Positions 26,430-40,849 of a stretch of 64,000 nt of DNA are shown piece by piece. Location of the stretch: assembly GCF_009834535.1 (NCBI RefSeq), contig NC_045697.1:58468001-58532000 (forward strand), read 5' to 3'. A model generated the notes under the pieces. It worked only from the letters and a program-made list of their open reading frames with translations, was not told where the DNA came from and made no database searches. This DNA comes from Camelus ferus. Taxonomy: Eukaryota. The translations under genes and the position numbers were made by a program. Within the stretch, counting starts at the first letter, position 1. Every line of letters begins with the position of its first letter.

Positions 26430-28150
26430 ATTTCTTTGTATATCTCTTAATCCAAACCAACTTTCCATCATTTCCCTTCCTTCCTGCAAATTCCATCCTG
26501 TCCTTTGACACTCATAGTCCAATGTCAACAAGTTTCCTTACATTCTAATCGTCATCCTTGGGTGATTCTGTCACCTTCATGCTTTAAGTGAAATTGCTGC
26601 CTGCTGACAGTGCTTTCCCTGAAGACCACACAAACACAAACACTGGTTCTCTCACAACTCCAGCAGTGGAAGTGACACTGCCAAACCACGATTTCACCTA
26701 TGTCAAAACTCCCAGCTCCTCTGAGGCTCTTGCCATCAAATATTGACTACCACCATTTATTTCTTGTTGTTTTTGTTACCTACTAGCATCTCTAGATCTC
26801 TCATTTTTTTCCCTCCATTTTTTCACTATATATAACCCCATTTAGACATGCTAAATTCATGACAACAAATGTCTAATGGCACTTAACAATATCAAGAAGC
26901 CAACTGAACTCCCCTAGCACACACGCTTTCCCAGGTCCCAAAAGGAATATTTCGTATCTTCCTTCAGCCTCTAACTTCCTTCCTTATCCCAACCCCTTCA
27001 GCTGAATATTGCCTCTTACTTCCTTAAAAAAAAGCAATCTGACAGTTGCAAATGCACTGGTGCACTGTCCAGCTGTCAGAATCCCCTGCACAGGTCCTGA
27101 GTTTATCCCCCAGCTGCTGTGTGCTTAGCTGCTAAAAGCTTGCCCGTGACCTACATATGATTGTTCTGGGGCACCAGGGCTACTATGACCGTATAGCCAG
27201 AAGTGCTTAGGAGTTGATACTCTACTCTCAACCCACAGCAAGCCCATAGTCAACTACTAACAGTGTGGAGCTACACAATGCCAGCTCCTATGCGTTAAGG
27301 ATGGACAATTCCAAAGTCTGACTTACACTCCAGAGTTCCCCTTGGGATCAAGGGTCAGTCTGAGATTTCACCCAAAATGACAACTTTCATAGCTTCTTCT
27401 TCTTATCTATGTTGCTTTCCCTCACTTTCTTACTGATTTCCTCGGAAAGCACTCCTTAATAAATTGTTTGTGCTAAATCCTTGGCTCAGAGTCCCCTTCT
27501 GGGAGAACTCAACCAAGACTACTGACAGAAATATTCTCATCTTTCCAACATCAAATCTATCAAATACTTTCAACAGTACCCACACATACTGCCTTCCTTA
27601 TTATAATGAAAGAAGTGTCTTTGTTCTTATAAAGCCAACATGTCCACTCATTCTGACGCTTCTCAAGAACTGTGCTCCTGCAATGATTATCCCTCCTGGT
27701 TTACTGGTATCTCCTCCTTATTGGCTCATGCCCATCAACAAACACCCTTTGGTATTTTTTACTTTAAAAGAAAAAAACAAAACAAAAAAAAACCACCTTC
27801 TGCTAGATCCCAGAAGTTCTCCAAGAATCTTGTGTGTTATCCTTTACTGAAAAATTTATCAAGAGTTTTCTATTTCAGCCCACTTTACTCATAACTCCAC
27901 AATGCCCCTGTCATTACCAAATCCACTGTTAACTTCTTGCATCTTATCATACTTGACCACTCAGTAATTATCTATAGTTGACGACTCCCTTCTATTCTTG
28001 GCTTTCATGACATAATTTTTTACTTACCTTGCTGACTATACTTTCTGAGTCACTTTTACTGAAACAATGTTCTTCTTGGGTGGTTTCATTCAAAAATAGA
28101 TTTTAAATACTAGTAACTCTGAAATATCTAACTCTAATCCTAACAAGACT
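26430..28150 (+). mobile_element. Decayed LINE-2 ORF2 region (split by the LTR16-like element)
   Basis: Pyrimidine-rich strand with L2 phrases (ccaaatccactg...tcttatcatacttgaccactcag, tcttggctttcatgaca). Confidence 0.55.
27046..27521 (+). mobile_element. LTR16-like (ERVL) solo LTR inserted in an L2 fragment
   Basis: Ends ttaataaa...aatccttggctcagagtccccttctgggagaactcaaccaagac, the LTR16-type terminus. Flanked by ctgacag direct repeats (27039-27045, 27522-27528). Confidence 0.75.
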
Positions 28151-28389
28151 GCTGTGACATTAAGACTCCTGAAAATTGCATTTTCTAACCTGATTTTGCA
28201 GTTTATGATTTAAAATATTAAAATAATCAGGATTTTAAAAATGGGGCTCTTAGTTATCATGTATTCCAATACATATCTGAATTTAAAGCTTCTTTAAACA
28301 TGTATTCAATTTAAAATAATATATACTAAGAAAAAAACTCTTAAATGATGTATAATTTATTTTTAGGTGTGCAATGTGATATGACAAAG

Positions 28390-28605
28390 AATATATGGTA
28401 GTGATTCAACAAATGGACTCTGAAGCCAGACTGCCTGTTGGAATCCGAGTTTTGGCACTAACTAGCTGTTGGGCTTTAAGGCGAGTTAATTACCCTTTTA
28501 GAAATCTCAAAGGGTTATTGCAAAGATTAAATTTATACATGTAGAGAATGTAGAACTGTGCCTACCACATAGCAAAACTCCAATATACTAACCATCTGTC
28601 TTATT
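28390..28605 (+). mobile_element. MIR SINE, internally deleted
   Basis: tggactctgaagccagactgcctg...ggcactaactagctg...agaactgtgcctaccacatag. Confidence 0.72.
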
Positions 28606-29955
28606 ATTTTGCACATAGTTTCAAATAGACACAACACATGAAATCTCAAATTGATGTTGGATCAAGTGCAACAATTATAGTCGATTTAAGAGCAGAAACA
28701 GAGGGTGCAGGTCATTTATTTCAGAATCTATGACTAAATTTTTACCTATAGTATTTGACTAAAATAAAATATAATATTTAACTTAATATTACCAACAAAA
28801 TTTTATTTTAAATATTTCCAAGAAGCATCTCAAACTTGAGTTGATTAGAATTTGTAGGCTATACGTCTTTCAGCTTAATATTACTTATTGAAAGTTTCTC
28901 ACAACAAATTTTTAAAACTTTAAGTTCTGTTCAATTTTCTGGCAAATTTATAAACATATAATCATTATACTAAGTAAAATGTTCAATTTAAAATAATTTG
29001 TGTCATTTTAGACAGAACTGTATTAGGAAAAAACATATTGCTAGTTGGTTCTGATTATAGCAACCAAGACAACTCTTGAAAGCCACAAGATTATGATATC
29101 CATGAAATTTCATGTGTACTTCATACAGTTTTTGGAAGTAATCATATTTTCCACTTAATACTTCAAAGAACTATGACCTTAAATAATCACTGAGATTAAA
29201 AATTGGCTTATATGTTGAAAAGAAAAATGATCTGCTTGGAAATAATTCAAAAGTGATTCAAATACCTTTATTTACATTTGGAATCTACAGTTCAAAATCT
29301 ATTCATTCCTTGTATAATTATTTATAAGCTGAAACTACATTGAATAAATATATTAAAAGTGGATGAAATCACTTTTGGACAGTATTTGTGAGTTTAACCC
29401 ATAGTACATAAGATTTACTTTTATAAGACAGAATTTAACAAGATATTGCTAAATATATGCACCTGTTTTTGAAACTTTATTCAAATGTTTAAAACCTAAG
29501 GAAGATAAATAGCAATTGCATTTTTAAAAATGAACAAAAAAGATAAAAACAGAGTAAGTTTAAACATTTTTTAATCCCCAAATCATAACTAGATTCTTGT
29601 ATGAATTTTTTCAATGGTGTAAAAAAAAACAATAAAAAACAATAGAATGAGTTGTATTTGGCAAAGAATTTGGAGATGAATAAATTAATTTAATGCTCTC
29701 ATTGTCATAGGACTTGACTGAGTTTTCATTATGTGCCTATATCCACAGTAGCATATTAATTAATAATAGGCAATTAGACATGAGTTTTTGGAAATTTTTC
29801 AGAGGTTAGGAATATAGAATGACTCGGAAAAATGATATTTTTAGATTATTCTATCACTATATGTTTATGAACATAATGTAGGGCAAGCCATTTTGAGGAA
29901 AAATTTTTTGTAAGAGTACTATATATTCATTATACCAACTTTGAAAATTCAAGAT

Positions 29956-31392
29956 TGCTATGGCATAATAAAAAAATAAATATTTGACTTTTGTCCTGGT
30001 TCCTGGTGCAAGGCTGGCTCCTAAAACTCTCAAAATCTTTGCAGTGGTAACAGTGTCTTTTGTATGCTAATGAGATGATGGGGAGGTGGTGCCTAGAGGG
30101 AATGGAGGAGGGTAATGGGGGCTAACTAGCTTCATCAAGGTACAAAGGTAGAAAGTGGTCTGAGAGAAACAAAACCATGATTAGACAGCTGGAACTTTCA
30201 GTCTCACTCCCACCTACCTACCTGCTCCCCTGACTAGGGAGGGGATAGGGGCTGGAGACTGAGTTTAGTCACCAGTGTCCAATTATTTAATCAATCATGC
30301 CTTTGTAATGAAACCTCCTCTGAAACCCCTAACAAGGAGCTTCTAGGTTGGCGAACACTTTGAAGTGGTAGGAGGGTGGAGCCCAGGGAAGCTGAAGGAG
30401 TATTAATAAAATGGCTGCACTTGGGCTAATAGATTGCTTATTCTTATGCTTGCTCTTAAACTGGCCAGCTAACCTGACTGACCGGTTGCTACTCACAACT
30501 CCAGGCCCATTGTTAAAACTAAAGCTAATATACTAACTTATTGTTTCTACTTTATTCCAGTAATCGAAAGTAATAAGCATGCTTGGTTTCTGAGTCGTAT
30601 TCCAGGGAGAAGGTCATAAGGCTCTAAGCTTACAAAATAGCCTGAATTACCAAAAAGACCACGCCAGGCGTGCTTATAAGGTAAAGAGATCGGAGAGAGC
30701 GACAACCACTAGCCTTTATAGGACTGGTCATCTGGAGACACCATGACGCCACTCTAAGTCTTATGAGAAGAAAATAATTCTGTTGATTGTTATTGATGCT
30801 TTACTGTTTAAGCTATGGCTATATATTCACCTTGCCCCATCCCCAAGACGGGTTCACAGTTTTGAAGGCACTAACCTGCTATGAGTCTCCTTTGCCCGGC
30901 AAAGCAATAAAGCTGCCTCTTTTCTTCTAAGCTCTACAATTCTGTCTCTGAGTTTCAGTTCACCTCATCAGGGATGGAGGCTGATCTTTTGGCAACAAGG
31001 CCTTGGAATCTCAGGCCCCCCACCCCTACTCTATGCATCGCTTCTATTTGGTTTTTCCCAAGTTTTTCCCTTTTTAATAAAGCTGCAGTTGTAAGTAGAG
31101 CACTTTGAATTACTGAACCGGGGGAGGGGGCTGGTCTTGAGAAGTATTATATCTGTCGTTCACCAGGCAGAAGTGTCAGTAGCCTGAGCACTCTATTTGT
31201 GGCTCACATCTAAAGTGGGGGGCACACTGTGAGACCAAGCCTGTAACCAGTGGGATCTGCTTTAATTCTAGGAGTCAGTGTCAGAGTTGAATTGAATTAC
31301 TGGACACTAAGTTGGTGTTGAACAATCAGCTGTTGTGTGGAAAAACAGTATGTAACAGGTGTCAGAAGTGGTGTCAGAAAAACACCCACACA
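29956..31392 (+). mobile_element. MER21-like LTR, interrupted by a younger solo LTR
   Basis: aaatatttgacttttgtcctggttcctgg...ctcctaaaac, tatgctaatgag, tttaatcaatcatgcct, ctatgcatc, gtgtcagagttgaattgaatt, ggtgtcagaagtg match MER21-type phrases. The sequence resumes colinearly after 30997. Confidence 0.8.
30393..30997 (+). mobile_element. Solo ERV LTR (ERV1-like, 605 bp) nested in MER21
   Basis: Starts TGAAGG, ends GGCAACA. TATA-like tatatatt at ~30820, AATAAA at 30906-30911, 4-bp flanks aagc/aggc. Confidence 0.82.
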
Positions 31393-32229
31393 AGTCCATA
31401 GAAAGAACATTTTAAATTACACATAATGTTGCTACTAAAGGTGACCATTATTAACTTGTTAGTGCATTTACATGCAGTTTTTTTCTGCATGTATAATCAG
31501 CCCACTCATTGAGAAATAAGAATGCTCATTTTATATTCAAAAAGATATATTAGCACTTGGCTATCTGATAAAGTATGTTTGATAAAATTTTATAACATAG
31601 AGCTTTGTATTTTATTTTCAGGAAGATAGCTAAATAAAAGACTGTCTAAGGTATAAATATGTGTACCTTATTATTTCTTGAAGGAAAAGGAATTTTGTTG
31701 CTTAAGTAATTTGATTGATCATTAATCCTCTCCAAACTGTATAACCTATTAACTTTGTTCCTTAAATTCATGAAATTACCCATAAAAGTTACTAAGTATG
31801 TTCAAAATATAAAATTTTTACTTATTAATAAAGTATTTGGGCATTTGCATTTTATATAAAGTATATGTTACATATATCATATGCATATTATATAATATGC
31901 ATACACACACATATATGTACCATAGATATAAATAAATTTTGTAAGCAGAATATTACATTTATAACCAGTATATATATTAATATGTAATAATATAAAAGGG
32001 AAAATAGAGAATTAAAGCAATCTTGTAATCATGTTGTATTTTTCAAGATTATATAACTTTCTTTTCAGGTAGATGAATGTTTCTGAACACAGTGAGCAGT
32101 TATTGCTTGTGAGTCATGATAATTTATCACATTACTTTTAAGGAAAATATCTGCTGGTCAATAAGCTAACAGAACTGAGTCATAATTTCATCATATAAAT
32201 GATGAACTGTTTTGCCCATAATCTTCTTA

Positions 32230-34190
32230 CTTTCACTTGTACACTAGATACCATCCTCCCTTGCCTACTCAAATGTAGAAACCACACAACTTTCCCCTCT
32301 CTTGCCTGTATCAACTAATTGTCCATTTTTACCAGATTAAAAGGAAGCTGTAATCTCATGTTTAAATACTTACCACTCAGGAAAACAAAACAAAACAAAT
32401 GCCCTTGACCCGACATCTCTCTCCAGATCTTGTATTTCTTAGCTCTTATTTATAGAAAAAGACCTGAGAAGAATTGTCTCTACATGTGGTTTTTAACCCT
32501 GCTCTTCCTATTCTCCCCTCAACCCACTTTAAAAAGGCTTCATCAATCACTTTGCCAAAATAGCTTTTGTCAAAGGCATAAGAACCTCCATGTTGCTCAA
32601 TCCTGTCGTCAAGTCTAAGTCCCCAACTGAGTTGAAATGCTTAATTCACCTAGCTTCCAAGATCTCCAGCTTTCTTCCTATCTCACTCACTGTTCTTTCT
32701 AAATCAATTTTGTAGACTGCATTTCCAAGATCTCAAAAGTTAGAGTGACCTAGAGTTTCAGTCTCTGTTTCTCTTCTTTTATGTGTCTACCATCAATCTC
32801 TTTATTATTTTACACAGTCTCTTGGGTTTAAAATAAAATCTACCCTGACCCATTCTCCCAAGATTGTCCTCAGTACCCACACTCCTACATTTGAGGAGTG
32901 GCTGTTTGTGGGAGGGACAGACACAACTAGGATGTGCTGGCTACAGTGTATGTGAGGCCCCATATGGTATGGGACAGAAGTGAGGGTAGGAGAAGAAGGA
33001 AGATGGGTAGTGAGTCAAGGGCCATATCCTGCATGTAACTCCAAGGAGCTTAAGGTTTCTAAATTCAATTCTGGCCTTCCAGGTGGTTTTCAAGGTATAT
33101 CTGTCAGTGCAGTAGGTTATGATATGTTTTATTTATCATTTTGTACTCTAGCTCTGAGCTCTGCAAATGTTGAAACTGGCCTGTTCCTGCCCACAGCAAT
33201 CTGAGCTAGTCCCCTTTGCCAGATCACTGTTTTCGTAGACTACCTTGTATTTAGAGGTAGTCATGTGATCAGACATGTGATGCAAGCAAGGTGCTTCTGG
33301 GAAATATCTTCTACCCTGACCATGGGAGGGAAGACCTCTAAGGAAAGCCCTCTTTTCTTTCTTCTTTTCCCTTTTGGAACACAACTGCTAAAGGATATGA
33401 TGCTGGGAGCTGAAGCAGCCATCTTTGGACCACAAATTGACACTGTCAATGACAACAGCTGTGGATGATGAAAGATGGAAAGAGTTTAGGTGTCTACTAA
33501 CATTGTTGAGCTATTAAACCAACTGTGGAACCACCTACCTCTGGATTTTACTTCTGTATATCATCAATATCATTATGATTTAGGCCACTATATTGGTCAG
33601 CATTTGATACTCATAGCCTGGGCTCTCCTACCAGAAACATACAGTGACAGAAACCAGTCTGGTTAGAAAATTACTATCTCAATTTTTTGCCATATATGTA
33701 TACTACTTTATATTATTATTTTTTTCAAATCATCTCACTTTGCTTAATGCTTTAAAAGGAAATACATCACTGTCATAAATAAAAAAACATTTACCATTAT
33801 AGAGAGTAATAAAGATATATTAAAAAATAAATGAAACCTGAGAAACACTAAATACAAAAATAAAATCTATATACTGATGATGCTAAATTTAAATCTCCAG
33901 CTTTCATTACTCTCACTGCCTACTCAACATCTACACTGTGATGGTTAGTAAATCTTTCAAAGTTATACTGTCAAAAAAGAACCTCCGACCCCACACACAT
34001 AATCTCCTGATCTACCCCTAATGTGTTTTTTCTACAGTTCCATATCTCAGTACCCAAGCCAAAAACCTTAGAATCACACTCCACTACTTTCTCTTATAGC
34101 CTAAATTAAATGAGCAATTCTGTAATAGCTTCAAAACATATACAAAATTTTAGCACTTCTCATTTATTGAGTAAATTCATGAATGATTAA
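32230..34190 (+). mobile_element. Decayed LINE-2 in two pieces (about 32230-32830 and 33860-34190) around the MLT1 insertion
   Basis: cttttgtcaaagg...acctccatgttgctcaatcc; tatatactgatgatgctaaatttaaatctccag...ctgcctactcaacatctac; ccaagccaaaaaccttagaatca. Confidence 0.55.
33150..33640 (+). mobile_element. MLT1K/L-like (ERVL-MaLR) LTR
   Basis: ggtagtcatgtga, gcttctgggaaa, gatatgatgctgggagctgaagcagccatcttt, ccacctacctctggatttt, tttaggccact. Source of the spurious ORFs at 33148-33468. Confidence 0.75.
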
Positions 34191-36514
34191 AGGATAAAGA
34201 TAAAATGAAAGTTTGCACATTAAAAATTAAATAATATATGTGTATAATATGGAAAACAAATATTAGTTATAATTATTCTCATATTTCTTCCTCTCTTATG
34301 AAAGTTCAAGTGGCTATTTGCTCTTAACTATTCTGGGGAAAGAACTATAGCCTTGTTATGCCTAGTTATTTTAGATTAATTCTGCTGTTGTGTGTACAGC
34401 TACTTCAGAAATGTTAGTTTTATAAAAAAATTCTGATTACCAAGTTTCCCAAAGTCTGACTGCAATTTCATATAGGATACAAAGGAAATTTGAGTTCAAG
34501 CCACACATATAAAGAACACAGAAGCTGCTAATTTTTATGTTTTCATCATTAAGAAGAATTATTTTTCCCTTAGGTAGTCTTTCAGGTTTTCTCATCCTTA
34601 GGCTGCAATTGATTCTCCTAAATCTGACATAAACCTAATTATTTTAGAGAAAAGTGAAACAATTATTTGATCTCAAGGTACAATGCTTAACAGTTCCAAT
34701 GTGCCCGTGACAGTCATCCTTCAAACTTTTTTTTTCCTCAAATGTCAGCTTTCAGAGTATGAAGTACGCCAAATACAGTGATGCATAAAACACCTGGTTC
34801 CTGGAACGATCACATGGGGATTTGAAGGCATTTTAAAGAAAAAGCATGAAAAAAGAGACTAACCCTTTTAACATTTCAGAAAACTTAAAGCTACTGTATA
34901 AAATGCATGATACAATAAGATTGGCAACAACATTTGCAGAATGCACCGTTTTGTGAACTAAATTCATATTCCAAAGAAGTGATTGCTAAAGGCTCTTAAA
35001 TCTTGAAATTAAGTTAATCAGCAAAGGACTGACTAGTTCTTAAGGAAGGTCTTAATTTGTTTGAAGTAAATCTAGTGGTGTCATAACAAACCCAGGGCTT
35101 CAAACAGTAGTGTTTGGATCGTCTAATTCTTCAAACACATCTGGATCATGAATGACCATATTTTGGTACATTTCCAGTGATGTTACCCACAGACCAAGGA
35201 AATGGAGGAAGAGTGTGGGAAATGAGGTATCAGACAAATGACACTCCTTTCAGAATTTTCTTAGAAATTATTTTATCTTGTTACAATGAATAAAATAAAT
35301 CAATGACTGGTTCTGACCTTTTCAAGAACTAAAGTGGTTATAGTGTATGTGGATGTTGAAAAATATATTTGATAAAAAAGATTCAGAAAAAATACATCTT
35401 CAGTATAGTGTGCTGGCCTATGAATCTTTTTACAAGAGGTGACAGTTTTTAAACACAGCATCTATAAAAATGTAAAATAATTAGAAATCTATGAAGCTTG
35501 CATTTGAATTTAGCAGTTTTGGTGACAGAAGGTAAACAAGTGAATAAAATCAATTGAATGGAAATAATGAGTTTTTTTTAGAAAGTCTGCATGAACTATA
35601 TAGAGTACACTGAGCTTCTTTTTTAAAAGCCCAATCAATATTTCAGCCTTTTTACATCACTAACTGATATTTTACGAAGAATGTGAAAGTACTAAAAATA
35701 TTTTCCAAAAAAACTCATCCAGAAAACATTGAAGTGTGTGAATATTTTTATTAAATATAATTCAGAACTAGATTTACTCTTCTCATAGAGGATCAAACTC
35801 TTTTTTAAGATATTGCTCTGACTATGGTATAAAAATAGTAACATTTTTGAAAAGTAGGCTATATATATGTACACATATGTTATTCCATCTTAATATATTA
35901 TAAAGAAGAAAAATTAAGGCATTGAAATATTTTTATGCTGTCATTGCATTTTTCAAGATTATATCATTCTGCTTTTTCTTCCTTCAAGGTTTTAGAACCC
36001 TACTCCCTTCACTCCATGAAGTACTAATGTAATATTAGTCAAGCTAAATGAAATTCTGACTTAACTGTTTCTACCAGTGTCTAGAAATGCAGTCCAAATC
36101 AAAGTTTACCTTCTTAAGAAACAGAGTAAGTTATTATGGATACTGGTAAGGCAAAACATTTTTCTATTCATCCCTGAAGCTATTCAGAAGCCTTCTTAGA
36201 TTCTTTATGGATGGCAGGTGTCCAAGTTCACTGAGACACTTCTTTTATTTTCCTTTAGAACTAACTGCAAAACTTGGTATTTATTAATCAAATGAACATT
36301 TCACTCCTGGAGCCAATTCTCTCATAATAGAGTAAATTGGGCTTAAAAAATAAAAAGGATCATATCAAGCAAGTTCTTTATGACACCATACGGTAAACAA
36401 AGCCAAAAACAAATAGGATTTTGTTAAGAGGTTGAGCAAATTTCACTAAGGAAAACACAAAAAACGAAGGCAGCAGGATATTTCCACAAAGAGTGGTTAA
36501 AAATAATCCAACCA

Positions 36515-36730
36515 TTCTGAATGGGCACTAAACTATGTGTTATATGCTTTACACATGATTATATTTGATTATCGCAAAACTCTACAAAGTAGAATCAATT
36601 ATCCCCGATTCAGAAAGGATACTGAGATGGAGGCCATGATGTTACTTGCAAGGTCATATAACCATTACAGGACAGAACTGAAATTCAAATCAAAACTGTG
36701 TAAAACACGAGTTGCTGTTCCCCTATAGCA
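36515..36730 (-). mobile_element. MIR SINE
   Basis: atgctttacacatgattatatttgatt...attatccccgattcagaaaggatactgag...acttgcaaggtcata. Confidence 0.65.
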
Positions 36731-37479
36731 CTATGGAAAAGGAAGCCTAGTAGATTCCTTGTCTCTCCATATGGGCACCAACTTTCTTTCTTAGACCTAA
36801 AAGCTTCTGTTATTTCTTTTTATTCTTCAAAGTACTTGTGATGATGTTAAATATCTTTTCAATAATAGAAGAAGTAGTTGACAACTACAGAAATGATCAA
36901 TCTTTATTTTGAAAGTAAATGTCAAGAGTGCTCTAAATGCTGCTCAAGAATTAGTTTTACAGGTCATAATACTTCAGCAATACTATATGTTAATTTGTGC
37001 ACATAACAATTCAATAATTGTTTTATTTGTATTTATATATGTATTTTTAGAATTAGGTTAGATTTTTGCTATGATTACTGTAAACTCCAATTTCAACTTG
37101 TCTGAAATTTAATCAGAAAATTCAAATAACTGGAATTATTTCTTTTCCTCCAAATAGTTACCTATTTTGATGAAAAGAAGACAAAGGACATGTGAGGAAA
37201 CAGCAAATAGAAACATTTTAATTACTTTTTTAGTTGAATCTGAGACTTAGAGTGCCTCATTTCCTCTGTAATCATGTTAAGTACAGTAATTTACTCTATT
37301 ATTTTTCCCAGAGTATATCATTAATATAATAATGAGCCAACCAGATGAATGTTCTATACTAACATCAAAATATGTTTATTATGATGACTAGTGAAGTAAA
37401 CTTGGGATTAAAATATAATTAAATTATTTAAAAAATAATAATTAAATTCATTAGAGTAAACTGAAGTCAGCCAGCCATA

Positions 37480-37860
37480 GTGTTAGGGAAAAGAAAGTCT
37501 GCAGAGAAACTGTAGGCAAGACCTGATGCACAAGAGAGCCGTCTAGAACGGCCAGAGGAGCACATGGCCTAAAAAGACGCTTAAAGGAAAAAGGGCCAGC
37601 TAGATCAGGAAGGCTTGGTAGCCACGTTAGGGGGCTGGGACTTCGGTGTAAGAGTAACACGAAACCACTGCAGTTTTACCCAAGAGAGTTGCATGATTAG
37701 ATCTGAACTTCTCAGCACACCACTCTAGCTGATGAAGGCAGGAGCAAGAACCAGTATAGGGGAGAGAGTCAGGAGACAACTGTAGCAGCTCTGCAGAGGT
37801 TCATGGTGGCCTGAAAGGAAGTGATGGCAGCGAATATGGGGAGAAGCAAACACATTTTAG
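37480..37860 (-). mobile_element. LINE-2 fragment, reverse orientation
   Basis: Purine-rich: gaaggcttggtagccacgttagggg...gaaaccactgcagtttt...gcatgattagatctg...cactctagctg. Confidence 0.55.
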
Positions 37861-40849
37861 ATAAAGGAGGTATTTATAGGTGAAAGAACATGTATGATAA
37901 AAGTAATAAATATTTGATAAATGAATGAATACAATGTTTTAGAAAGACTCTGACTTCCAAAAGGTCTTATATGGTGCGGTTATTTTCTCAATAAACAGAG
38001 CAAGGTGGCCCATCTTATTCACTACTTTATAAAAATACAAAAAAACAAAAACCAAGAAAACACTATTAATATTCATGCCTTCTCCTCTGTACTAAAAAAC
38101 AAAGAAACAAACAAAAACTTTCCAAATAAGGGATGCTTATGCCTTTGAAATAAATACTCTCACATCACCCACAGCACTTAAAAATACATATTGTACAGAT
38201 CTTTATTCTTGTTAAAAACAAAAAGGATGCCAGATTTTGTGTTTCGCTGAAACCTTTCTTAAAGTCTTCTTTCCTTATCAATTATGACCTGGTGAATTTT
38301 TCACAAGCACTTATTAAACAGTCAACATATTTAAAGAAAATCAAGTGTCCTTCAGATTCTGGAAAGTTGTAAGGAATATTTTCTCGAGATTTCTTTCTTA
38401 TAGTCTCTCTTCCACATGCCCCTATATCCTGCAGGTGATCATCTTTCCTACACTGTAGAGGCGAGTAGGCAGAAATCCCTCAATTTACTGCTCTACCCTG
38501 GTTCCACCAAATATCCACCTCAAACCTGTTATGTATTTCATCCAGTCTGAGTGGAAAAGGATCTTCCTCCCTGGCCTCTGTTACCTCAGTAGAAAAGTGT
38601 CCTTCATGAAGTCTAACGGACTGGAATTGCTCTACGTCTATTCTGGATCTTCAGGTCATGACTATAACATAATGCCCTTTCCTCTGTTTCTCACCATACT
38701 TTTACTGCTTCGTACCTATCAGCATATCCATATTCACATTTCTTCCATCTTAAAACCACCCTCTATGTTCTTTAACAACTAATTTCTGTCCTTGTACCTG
38801 CACTGATTTTTCCTTAAAAGGTATCATCAAAGGCTGTTTGCATTCCTCTGCTCTTTTGATGGTAGGGTATGTTTCATTATTAAACCCATTTTAAAGAGGA
38901 CAGGGAGGCTCAGCAAGGTTAAGTAAACTTTCCAAAGGCTGTAAATGATAAAGCAGTTTAGACAGAATTCAAATCAAGATAGTCTCATTTAAGGCTTTAT
39001 TTTACTTTGTAACATAAAGCTTGAGGCACTTAGTATTATAAACCTTGGTGCCATCAATATCACTAAATGTAATTACTGACTTCTGCGTGTTTGTTTTTCT
39101 AAATAGGAATATCACATCCGTTTAACTCATATTACCTGAAGAAATACATATGAATAACGAGGAGACAATTCTATCTTTTAAAATATGCGACTGTACTATG
39201 TACAAGACCTTTTTAAAATTTTTAATCTAGTAAAAGCTGTTACATAAATATCAAAGTATTATTCACTTATTTCTGATTGTACTTTAAAAACATAAGAAAA
39301 ATGATGATAAATTTTATTTGCATTTTGTTTTATAGTACATAATAATAGGTACAAGGAGGTAATTTATACTAAAGTGAGTAAAAGTATGGTAAGATAAAAG
39401 AAATTATACCTTATGTGCCTATTTAATTTATCCAAATTCAACTTCATTAGGAACAAATAGTCCAAGGAACTAATACTACACTGTAGGACAGTCAGGTTGC
39501 ACATAATTCAACAATGTAATGACTGTTATCTCAGCCAAGTAATATTAAGAATTCCAAAAGACTGTTACTCACAGTAGAGAATTCCTAGTTTGTGCCATTG
39601 TATTATTATCTTTTCTAATTCCTTAGCTACCTTTTCAATTAATGTAGACAGATGATTCTTTACCAAAAATTAACCCGTTTAATGCAATACACTTTTGTCA
39701 CTACTTTACTCTGTAAACATTCATTGAGGGCCTACTATGGGCAAGGCTGCATCAGGCATTGAATGTAGGAAGATGAAAAATGGGTGAGGTAGCTGCTAGC
39801 TGAGGTAGTTCAAGGAGAATGTCAGTAGCACATGAAAGTCACAGGAGACCTCATGAGACTTCTAAAAGTAATTCATTTAAAAACGTTTAACCAAATTAAC
39901 ACATAGCATAGGCAAATTACATACAAATGCTACTTAATATAGAATATATATTTATCTCTAAAGAATATATCCACATTATTTTTTCTCAAATGTCACAGCC
40001 TCTAAAGGAATAAGACAAATTTTTGGTTATACTGAGGAACAATTTTTCTTTTCAGAAAATATAAATTGGCTTCTTTTTGTATAAAGGAAATATTACTAGT
40101 GTGGAAAGAAATGTATATATTTTCGTATCTCTGCATGGCTTGGGTTTTTGACCATAGAGAAGTGGGATTTGGGTTAAAGGACAAATCTTGGAAGTTAAAA
40201 GATGACTGAATAGACAATTAGAAACTTTTGAAGGGCTTACCTTCTAAGAGGTAAATGTTAAGATTTCAAAGGGGTAAAACCTGGAACCACATATGGTATA
40301 TGTTTCTATACCATAGGGTTTACATTAAGAAGCTGTCTCTTTCTCTCTCAGGAGGAGGGGAGGGCAGCTGTGTAACAGCTCCTCTACAAACGCCCAGATC
40401 AATAATTTGGGGGTTCCCCTTTTGTGGTGTAAAATCCCCCTTTGGTACTTGCAGGTGCCCCAGTCTCGCTCTCTTCACATTGCTCTGAAAGGGGAGATGG
40501 AGTGTTGAGTAGGAATGTGGTCATTGATCTAGGAAATAATAGTCTGCCCACATATAGAAACTCCGTATGCGCTTCCAGGACAAAATAAATAAGTGTATGT
40601 AATAATAATTTAAAAAGTATCATGTTGTAAATAAGAATTTAAGGGGAAAAAGTTTCTTTGAAAACAGAGCTTCATTAGATTTATTTTCAAGCAGATCAAG
40701 TCACTTTAGTTGTCAATAAATGATCTTATTCAGCAAAGACAACACATTGATCTTTACCATTTTGTCATAAGATTTCACTATAATTAGAAGTAGGGACAGT
40801 TCAGTGTATAAAAGGCAGACTAAAGAGAAGGAAAAGAAAAATCACTTAC

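Noticed and set aside
27464..27894. Longer intronic ORFs (27464..27850; also 1390..1815, 54112..54471, 61264..61635)
   Set aside because: They overlap decayed L2, L1 or LTR sequence, have low-complexity F/L/S-rich composition, and show no splice or homology support.
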